A stretch of 45,164 nt of DNA, from positions 1 through 45,164 of IMG/VR virus record IMGVR_UViG_3300033059_000110; one strand, written 5' to 3'. The position numbers and the translations under genes were made by a program. Source of the stretch: a virus. The notes beneath the pieces were generated by a model. The model worked only from the letters and a program-made list of their open reading frames with translations, did not search any database and was not told where the DNA came from. Shown here in pieces: positions 26,547-33,217 of this stretch (position 1 is the first letter of the stretch; every line of letters starts with the position of its first letter).

Positions 26547-27514
26547 TTCACTTCCACAAAACTTCCTTTGTCATAATTGCTTTTGGACATTTGCACATTA
26601 ATTTTTATCTGAGTGCCGGAAGGAAAATTAACACATTTTTCCATGACATTCTTTAAAATTCCTAGCGTGGAGAGCGGCAAGGTGTTATCCACATTAAAAA
26701 TCAATTCATCATGATTGATTATGTAAAGACAAATCTTGTCCTCCAACTTCTCATGCTGAATCCAATAATTGGTGTGCAATATGCAATGCTCAATATATTG
26801 CGCAAGTGTGGAAGCTACCACATTAGCCAAACGGGTGTTTTTGTTAAAGTCGTCTAAATTAAAGTTCTGAAATAACCCCATGAAAGCCCCACCCCTTGCA
26901 AAAAGGGCTTGAATGTTTTCCAAGCCTTCAAAAATTTCCCTTATCATTCCTTGAAGCCTTTCCGCTTCCTGAACTTCACATGAAAGGCTTTTGGCTAAAT
27001 TTTTAGCTCTTAAGCCGTACATAGTGGCAAATATCGTTTGTTTTGCTATGTCCCGGTGAACTTTCATCTGTTCAGCTATAGAAGTATGCACATCAGCCCC
27101 TTGATTTAAATAATCAATCAAAGCTTCATTCTTTGAGTATTCTGCCATAATCCTAACATCCCCCTGGGAGACATCAAAAGATGCTAAATAAGAGCCTGCT
27201 TCAGGCAAGATGCAGGCCCTGGGACTGTTAGGAGAGGAAAGCTTTGTGACGCTCTGGATATTGGGGTTTGAAGTCATCCAACGGAAATTTTTAGCCTGCT
27301 TATATTCCGGGTAAATTCTGCCAATCATGGAGCTTACTGCTCCGTACCCGTTTTTCAACACCTGAAGCTTTTTGATTTTTGGGCTTGTCGGCTCAGCTTT
27401 TTTTAAAACTTCAAGCTGTGCCTTAACTTTCTCAAACATTGGCACATAGGGAATAACTTTCACCCCTTGGTTCTGAAGCTTGTCAATTAAAATTTCAATT
27501 TCTGATTTTTTCAT
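26543..27514 (-). CDS. Family A DNA polymerase, minimal form (fingers/palm only, 323 aa)
   Basis: Motif A FDVSQGDVRIMA (DYSQIELR). Motif B RDIAKQTIFATMYG (RxxAKxxNFGxxYG). Motif C INHDELIF (HDE). GRIYPEYKQ...TSNPNIQS parallels GRLHTRFNQ...SSDPNLQN. Confidence 0.85.
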   Translation of the reverse strand: MKKSEIEILIDKLQNQGVKVIPYVPMFEKVKAQLEVLKKAEPTSPKIKKLQVLKNGYGAVSSMIGRIYPEYKQAKNFRWMTSNPNIQSVTKLSSPNSPRACILPEAGSYLASFDVSQGDVRIMAEYSKNEALIDYLNQGADVHTSIAEQMKVHRDIAKQTIFATMYGLRAKNLAKSLSCEVQEAERLQGMIREIFEGLENIQALFARGGAFMGLFQNFNLDDFNKNTRLANVVASTLAQYIEHCILHTNYWIQHEKLEDKICLYIINHDELIFNVDNTLPLSTLGILKNVMEKCVNFPSGTQIKINVQMSKSNYDKGSFVEVK

Positions 27515-27765
27515 GTTATATTGGATTTTATTGCCGGTTGTTTAATGTTTAAAGCCTTCACCGCTTCTTTATGAGAGCTATAGCTTTCTCCGCTTATTCC
27601 TCCGTTATCAGAAAGAAGATATTTATTATTGGCATAATAAACCCTCCACAAGCCTTTAGCTTTAAATCGTAAATCAGCTTTTTCCTCTTTTTCCCTTTGC
27701 TTTTTCTCTCGGTTAAATTGAGTTGTTTTTAAAGCATTTTGCCTTTTTATCGAATTAAATAGCAT
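27511..27765 (-). CDS. Small basic protein with possible DUF1508/YegP-like C-terminal half
   Basis: GLWRVYYANNKYLLSDNGGISGESYSSHKEAVKAL resembles the YegP consensus ending ...Se.YsSk..a..gi. Confidence 0.3.
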   Translation of the reverse strand: MLFNSIKRQNALKTTQFNREKKQREKEEKADLRFKAKGLWRVYYANNKYLLSDNGGISGESYSSHKEAVKALNIKQPAIKSNIT

Positions 27766-27766
27766 T

Positions 27767-28468
27767 TTAAATTCTCATTTCTTTTTTATTTTTTATCCCA
27801 TGATGATGTTTCCAGTCACACTTAGGGTCGGAAGTTATATCGGAAGCTTTTTGCAGCTTGCTTTTAAACTCCTCTTCATTGGTTAATTTCATTATTAACA
27901 TTCTCCATTTTTCCTGCTCATTTTCGTCTAAATGAGGGTTCTTTTCCATGTTATGTGTTAAAGAACTCATTAAGTTAGGAAATTGGTCATTGTGCCCCCA
28001 GCCCAAAACATGAAGCATTTCATGTGCCACTATTATCACTTTCTTTTTCCACCTAAGCCTTCGCCATAATGTGCGGTTTAATAGGATGTCTCTATCAACA
28101 TAATGGCTGTCATGAATAAGAGCCATGCCGTAATACTTTCTGTCAGGGTTTGAAGGGGGCAGGCCCAGCCTTGCGTTAATTTCATTAAAGTATTTCAAAT
28201 AATAAGAATTTCCCACCTGTCCAATTTCATAAAACCCGTTTTTTCTTTTGGTAGGGGAAGAGAGCGGAAAAGGCACTTTGTCTCCCATATAGCAAAGCCA
28301 AACCAGGTCGGCATCAGCCAGGTTATTGACGATTTTAGCGGCTGTCGTAAGAGCCTGATAATCTCTTTGCCAGGGAAACCCTTCTGCAAAAAAGATTATC
28401 GGGTAAACAATTAATAATTTCTCAAGCATTTTACTTATAAGGGCCGAGTAGGGAAGGGAATACCGCAA
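27767..28468 (-). CDS. Metzincin-type zinc metalloprotease (start uncertain: TTG 28468 or ATG 28429)
   Basis: AHEMLHVLGWGH matches HExxHxxGxxH. A downstream NLMSS could be the Met-turn. Confidence 0.65.
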   Translation of the reverse strand: MRYSLPYSALISKMLEKLLIVYPIIFFAEGFPWQRDYQALTTAAKIVNNLADADLVWLCYMGDKVPFPLSSPTKRKNGFYEIGQVGNSYYLKYFNEINARLGLPPSNPDRKYYGMALIHDSHYVDRDILLNRTLWRRLRWKKKVIIVAHEMLHVLGWGHNDQFPNLMSSLTHNMEKNPHLDENEQEKWRMLIMKLTNEEEFKSKLQKASDITSDPKCDWKHHHGIKNKKEMRI

Positions 28469-28543
28469 TGTCCTTCCCTATTACAACTTCTTTATTTTTA
28501 TTGATAGCGGCACATAAAAACAGAAGTCCTTTAGCCCTGTCCT

Positions 28544-29926
28544 TTATATCTTATCAATCATAGCGTCCAATTCATCAGGCGTTTCCTGCCTGATTTCCTG
28601 GTTAGAGTAGTCAATTGTCTGTGAAACTTCCATGTTATTGGGCGCTTTCTGAAAGTTTTCAGCCGCCTTTTGGGTCAATTGCCCAGGGTTAGCCCCTCTA
28701 AAACTTTGCACATGGGCCGGTTGTGCGGGCTGAGCGGGTTGAGCCGCCTGCATTGGTTGAGCGGGCTGAGCGGGTTGAGCCGCCTGCATTGGTTGAGCGG
28801 GCTGAGCGGGTTGAGCCGCCTGCATTGGTTGAGCGGGCTGTACTGGCTGAGACGGCACAGGCGCTTGAGGGACAGGCGCTTGAAGAACGGGAGCTTGAGG
28901 AACGGGAGCTTGATTAACCGCCTGCGCCGGAGGCTGCTGAAACTTCTGTGGCTGAACTGCCTGCCCTCTCATAGGCTGCTGAGCCTGAAACTGTTGCGGT
29001 TGCGGCTGTTGTTGAGGCTGCGGCATTGGCTGTTGAGCTTGAGGAACTGGAGCCGGAGCTGCTTTTTCCGTAACTTCTTCTTCCGCATGATCTTCCGTAA
29101 GCTGAGATGCTGAAATCAAGTCACAAATCGTTTTGTAAAACTCCTGCAGCTTGGGAAAAATGTCAGGATACTGCTTCTTAACCACCCCAACTTTTTGCAA
29201 ATTCCCATAGGTGAAATAGGTCTGGTTATCCTTGTTGGCCTTTTTTTCGATATTAACAGAATAAATCAGGTCAAAAGGGAAGTTTGTCGCCGGGTTTTGG
29301 GCTGCGTGACTTAGAATCATTGTCATTAGATTTTCCCCTAAAGTCACAGCACCCATTTTTTCAAGAGGCCACTGGAAAGGGGGAAATTCAAACACATCCT
29401 GCCCTTGCGCATTTTTTACGAAAGGCACCACGAAAAAGTTAATTTTCCGTTCATGCACATAGGTGTACCCTCTGAACGGATTGTTAGGGGCCATTTGAGG
29501 GTCCATATAGCCTTTTCTGTTGTTTTGCTGGATAAGATGTTCATTATACCCCGGGCTGTTCGGGTCTCCGATAAGAGGGGAAGTTAAAAATTTCTCCGGC
29601 TTTCGGCTTCCCAAGTCCGGAGCATTAAGCTGATTGCCCGGATAAAGCCGTGTTACCACTGAAAGGGTCATCATGACAGGGATGAAATAAAAAGGAGCAC
29701 TCCCGTCATTTAAAACCCGAAATTCAGGGTTTTTTGTGAAAAGCACTCCCGCCATTGCCTGACGGTTTTTTACAATATCACTTGAGCCCTGGGTCAGGAA
29801 AATTGAACTGGGACGGACATTTCTCTGAGCCAATTTCACATCAATCATTTGCGTGAAAGGTTTTAATTCTGTTGTAGCCGGAAGAGCTTCGCCCTGCCCT
29901 GGCTGCGCTACTGGAAAATTAGTCAT
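28544..29926 (-). CDS. Putative ssDNA-binding-like protein: globular N-domain, P/Q-rich repeat linker, acidic C-terminal tip
   Basis: AGGAGG SD. 460 aa. ~130-aa linker rich in Q/P/A (AQPMQAAQPAQP x3). C-terminus ETPDELDAMIDKI. The architecture resembles SSB (IDL plus acidic tip), but the fold is not verified. Confidence 0.3.
   Translation of the reverse strand: MTNFPVAQPGQGEALPATTELKPFTQMIDVKLAQRNVRPSSIFLTQGSSDIVKNRQAMAGVLFTKNPEFRVLNDGSAPFYFIPVMMTLSVVTRLYPGNQLNAPDLGSRKPEKFLTSPLIGDPNSPGYNEHLIQQNNRKGYMDPQMAPNNPFRGYTYVHERKINFFVVPFVKNAQGQDVFEFPPFQWPLEKMGAVTLGENLMTMILSHAAQNPATNFPFDLIYSVNIEKKANKDNQTYFTYGNLQKVGVVKKQYPDIFPKLQEFYKTICDLISASQLTEDHAEEEVTEKAAPAPVPQAQQPMPQPQQQPQPQQFQAQQPMRGQAVQPQKFQQPPAQAVNQAPVPQAPVLQAPVPQAPVPSQPVQPAQPMQAAQPAQPAQPMQAAQPAQPAQPMQAAQPAQPAQPAHVQSFRGANPGQLTQKAAENFQKAPNNMEVSQTIDYSNQEIRQETPDELDAMIDKI
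28725..28840. repeat. Coding tandem repeat, 36-nt unit gcgggctgagcgggttgagccgcctgcattggttga x3 plus a partial copy
   Basis: Perfect copies at 28725-28760, 28761-28796 and 28797-28832. Confidence 0.9.
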
Positions 29927-29937
29927 TTTTTACCTCC

Positions 29938-30219
29938 TTATGGTAATTTGTTTAAATAATGTTCGCTAAGCGCACACATTTCTTTATAACAGCTTTCGCA
30001 AAATTCAAGATATTTGCCCTCTCTATCAGCTTCAACGGCATCAGAGCAGATGAATTTATCGTCACATCCTTCGCAGTATTTTGCCATGTCTTCGCAAGCG
30101 GGGCAATATTGTTCAACTTCTTCTTGATGCTCAAAATCTTCGTCACAAAATTCACAAGACCTGGAATAAGGCTCCATAGCTTTTGGTATCCGTTCTGGAT
30201 TTAAAATAAGCGGGATCAT
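29938..30219 (-). CDS. Highly acidic zinc-ribbon protein (four CxxC pairs)
   Basis: CEFC, CPAC, CEGC, CESC. About 23 D/E versus 9 K/R in 93 aa. AAGGAAAT SD. Confidence 0.55.
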   Translation of the reverse strand: MIPLILNPERIPKAMEPYSRSCEFCDEDFEHQEEVEQYCPACEDMAKYCEGCDDKFICSDAVEADREGKYLEFCESCYKEMCALSEHYLNKLP

Positions 30220-30417
30220 ATTTCCTTAAAATAAAGTGTCTGTCTCTCCAGACTGTCACCCCATTCTTTTTTCAACAGGTGAACAAGGTTAATGTCCTGC
30301 TTGGCAGTCTTTCCCACCGGTCAAGACTTAGGGATAAGCCTTCCTCAGTCTCTCCCGAGAGCCATACCATTTTTTAATGTTTACCCTGCCCTGAAAACGG
30401 TATCAAAATTGCAGCCC
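30220..30417 (-). promoter_or_regulatory. 198-nt intergenic element: possible internal promoter plus structured leader or small RNA
   Basis: Leftward TTGATA (30406-30401)-N17-TAAACA (30383-30378). Repeats CAGTCT[CT]TCCC at 30305-30315 and 30346-30356, GTCTCTCC at 30242-30249, and alternating AGACT/AGTCT pentamers. Confidence 0.35.
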
Positions 30418-30639
30418 CTATCCTATAAACAGTTCTTTCGTGTAAAATGCTATTGCTATAATTAAAAGTGAACATAATACCAATAAGAAAAAGATACAAA
30501 TTGAAAAAATCACTACTGTTAAAATATGTTCTTTCTTTGAGTTATAAACTATGTCTTTTGGTATAATAGACGGGCCTAAAACTGCGGAAGCTATAAGCAA
30601 AAAAAGCAAACTCAAAGGTAAAGGTAAAGATAAAGTCAT
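30418..30639 (-). CDS. Small membrane protein (2 TM)
   Basis: 73 aa with two hydrophobic segments (LSLLFLLIASAVLG; VVIFSICIFFLLVLCSLLIIAIAF). Confidence 0.5.
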   Translation of the reverse strand: MTLSLPLPLSLLFLLIASAVLGPSIIPKDIVYNSKKEHILTVVIFSICIFFLLVLCSLLIIAIAFYTKELFIG

Positions 30640-31088
30640 TTCTTAGTCAAGCTCAACTTAATGCTGGTTTTCTTAAAAGTAATTCCCGGAGGGTTCTGCC
30701 CCTCTTTTAGCCATTTATTCTCCACAGCCCCTTTCTGAAGGGCTGTCACAGTCTGATAAGTCATAATCAGCAGCTTGTTCGCGTGGTTAGCTCCCATGTG
30801 TGTATTAACCCATTTTATGAACTTTTTTCGGTCCGCTTCTTTTCCGGAAGACGGATAATGATAATTGACTTTCGTGACAGGCTTAAAAACACCTACTCCC
30901 TCAATCTCCACCTTAGTAAGCTTGTTGCTTATAAGCTGCTTCGCCAAAAAGTCTTCCTGAATTTTCAGCTTATCTTCCACTTGTTTTATAAGCTCTTTTT
31001 TTTCGGCAAGCTTCTTTTTATGAGCGGCATATTTTTTTAAGCGCTCCTGAAGCTCATTTAAAGGCAAATTTTCCGATTTTTTAGGCAT
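30636..31088 (-). CDS. Coiled-coil protein, weakly Gp157/Gam-like
   Basis: 150 aa. N-terminal K/E coiled coil followed by LTKVEIEGVGVFKPVTKVNYHYP. Similarity is by pattern only. Confidence 0.25.
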   Translation of the reverse strand: MPKKSENLPLNELQERLKKYAAHKKKLAEKKELIKQVEDKLKIQEDFLAKQLISNKLTKVEIEGVGVFKPVTKVNYHYPSSGKEADRKKFIKWVNTHMGANHANKLLIMTYQTVTALQKGAVENKWLKEGQNPPGITFKKTSIKLSLTKK

Positions 31089-31593
31089 TTATATTTTTTG
31101 TTAAAACTTTCTTTAATGTACTTTCCTGATAATAAAACATAGGTTTGAATTCCTGCAAGTTAATTGCCACACCGGATGCGTCTATTCTCCCGGATATTTT
31201 AAGCTCTGAAGTGTTTTTAAATGGAGTCTTTGTTTTGTTAATGGCTATTTCTATCCGTTGCCTCAGCTCTTCTACAGCTTTTTCCTCACTCCCATGTTTT
31301 TCAATAAACTTCTTAAAATAACTTTCTCCATAATAAGTCCAATCATTATAACCCTTATTCTTAAAAGCTATAAAAAAACAATGTTTCATAAGAATTTTTA
31401 CATCTGTAAGTTTTTTTACTTCTATATATCGATATTCTTTTTCAAGCTCCTGGATTCTTCTTTCATAAAAAGACAGTTCTTTTTCATATTTTTCAACAGT
31501 TTGAGCCAAAGTCTCATTAAGGGCTTCAAGTTTTTTATTTGTTTTCTTAAAAAACATTTCTCCATTTAAAATTTCTTTTTGACTTCTTGTCAA
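31081..31593 (-). CDS. Hypothetical protein (TTG start 31593, or ATG 12 codons downstream)
   Basis: ORF only. Confidence 0.4.
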   Translation of the reverse strand: MTRSQKEILNGEMFFKKTNKKLEALNETLAQTVEKYEKELSFYERRIQELEKEYRYIEVKKLTDVKILMKHCFFIAFKNKGYNDWTYYGESYFKKFIEKHGSEEKAVEELRQRIEIAINKTKTPFKNTSELKISGRIDASGVAINLQEFKPMFYYQESTLKKVLTKNINA

Positions 31594-31622
31594 CTTCTTT
31601 TTGACGCTGTATGTCTTTTATA

Positions 31623-31708
31623 CATAGTGCGCCCTTTAATTGTGCATGATTAATAAATTAAAGATTAATTTATCGATAGCCGATAGCTCAAGAAATGGGC
31701 GCACTATG
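31623..31708. repeat. 12-bp perfect inverted repeat CATAGTGCGCCC ... GGGCGCACTATG with a 62-nt spacer
   Basis: Arms at 31623-31634 and 31697-31708. The spacer is AT-rich and contains the tandem cgatagc-cgatagc. The right arm lies in the last codons of the SNF2 gene. Confidence 0.7.
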
Positions 31709-33217
31709 TTTCATTAAATAACCTTCAAATTCTTTTACTAAATCTTTTTTCTTCCTAATGTTCTGATTGATTTCTGTTTCTATCGTGCCCTTGGTTAAAA
31801 TGTCAATCTCATACACATTCTTATTATATTGCCAAGAATCCATCCTTAAATTTCTCCCCTCGGACTGAATTTTGTCAATCAATGAATAATCCTTGGAGTA
31901 ATATATCGACCACTTAGCTTCCTGTAAATTAAGCCCTACTCCCCCCGACTTAGGGTGACTTAAAAACACCCTGCAGTCCGGGTTATGTTTAAATTCATTC
32001 ACTAATTCCTGCCGCTTTTTAGGAGAAACACCGCCCACAATCTTAACATACTTGGCATTAAGTCCTTTAAGTACCTCTTCTATCATCCCATAGGTTTCGT
32101 TATACACAGTCCAGATTAAAATCTTTTCCATGTAAGGGATGTTTCTAACCGCCCGCCTTAACACACCCAGCTTTTCAGTCTCCACTCTCATCACCCGCCT
32201 TCGTGATATGTCTTCGGTCTTTTCGTACACAAAACCACACGCCAATTGCCTTAACACCGACATTTGACTCCAAACTTGAGCATAGTATTGAATTAACCTC
32301 TCCCCTCTTTTTTTAGGGTCCCCCTGATCTAATTTTTCCCTTGCAAAAGATATTTCAAGGTTGGCTTTATCCAATAATCTTGCTTGAAGCCTTTTCTGCT
32401 CCGCAGTTCTCTCCACATATTTAGTCCTCTGGTACCTCTGAGTAATTTCAACTTTTTTCTCTCCCTGGTTAATTTCCCGGTTTAATTCCTTCAAAGTTAA
32501 AGGATGAAAACAGTCTTTTATCTTGAAAAACATTTCATCCTTTTTATCATCCCTCACCAGTATCCAAGGCTTGTAACCTTCCGTACCCTTACGCTTGTAA
32601 TTCCTGTCAAAGAAATAAGTCTGCTCAAATAAAGGCTGGCTTCTCCCGAACCTTTGCCCTTTGTCCAATACTAAAATCTGGCTGAATAAATCCCTGTAAT
32701 CTTTGCTGTGGGGAGTGCCACTGCCCATAATTTTTCTCTTAATGCTAGGCATCTCATTCAATCCAGCTACTGTTTTAGTGACTTTTGCTTTGGAATTTTT
32801 AAATGTATGAGCTTCATCCAAAATGACAAATTCCCATGGAATTTTGGACAGTTTGCCTGAAATCTTGCCCCTTAAGCACTTAAAAAAAACAGGGTCTTTA
32901 AACTTGTCATACGACATGACAATCAAAGGCTTATGCTTATCTGAATAAAGAAAACCAGTCCTTTTTTTCTGTGTGTCCAGTATCTGAAAATACTTATCGT
33001 CTAACCCTACCGCATTAACCGCTTTCTTAACTGAGGCAAAAGCACCCGGGGGACACAAAAACAGACTCCAGCAGCATTTTTTATTTTTAACCCAGTATTC
33101 CTTTAAGGCGTAAATGCTACAAAAAGTTTTACCACACCCGACTTCCCAGTTCAGGTACACATAGCCTAATTTATCGAGAAGATTCAAACCCTCTCTCTGT
33201 AATGGAGTCGGTTTCAT
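31688..33217 (-). CDS. SNF2-family (SF2) helicase
   Basis: Motif I EVGCGKT, motif II ILDEAH, motif III GSGTP. The C-terminal helicase lobe includes SEGRNLR. Confidence 0.8.
   Translation of the reverse strand: MKPTPLQREGLNLLDKLGYVYLNWEVGCGKTFCSIYALKEYWVKNKKCCWSLFLCPPGAFASVKKAVNAVGLDDKYFQILDTQKKRTGFLYSDKHKPLIVMSYDKFKDPVFFKCLRGKISGKLSKIPWEFVILDEAHTFKNSKAKVTKTVAGLNEMPSIKRKIMGSGTPHSKDYRDLFSQILVLDKGQRFGRSQPLFEQTYFFDRNYKRKGTEGYKPWILVRDDKKDEMFFKIKDCFHPLTLKELNREINQGEKKVEITQRYQRTKYVERTAEQKRLQARLLDKANLEISFAREKLDQGDPKKRGERLIQYYAQVWSQMSVLRQLACGFVYEKTEDISRRRVMRVETEKLGVLRRAVRNIPYMEKILIWTVYNETYGMIEEVLKGLNAKYVKIVGGVSPKKRQELVNEFKHNPDCRVFLSHPKSGGVGLNLQEAKWSIYYSKDYSLIDKIQSEGRNLRMDSWQYNKNVYEIDILTKGTIETEINQNIRKKKDLVKEFEGYLMKHSAPIS

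Noticed and set aside
28725-28840. Tandem repeats (here, at 24151-24220, and at 45078-45164/1-85) as possible CRISPR arrays
   Set aside because: The units are directly adjacent with no spacers. Their lengths are multiples of 3, and they lie in frame inside ORFs encoding P/Q-rich peptides. No cas genes or leader are present.
28670-29113. 147-aa and 64-aa ORFs on the + strand (28670-29113, 28723-28917) with their own LSGLSRLHW repeats
   Set aside because: They are the antisense image of the in-frame 36-nt repeat in the 460-aa minus-strand gene, which has a strong SD and a coherent domain layout. Repeat DNA keeps all frames open artificially.
30220-30417. Match of the 198-nt leader to known riboswitch classes (TPP, ZTP, purine, c-di-GMP, preQ1, fluoride)
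   Set aside because: Isolated resemblances (CUGAGG, GACCGGUGGG) do not reproduce the conserved cores of these classes. It is kept only as an unclassified structured element.
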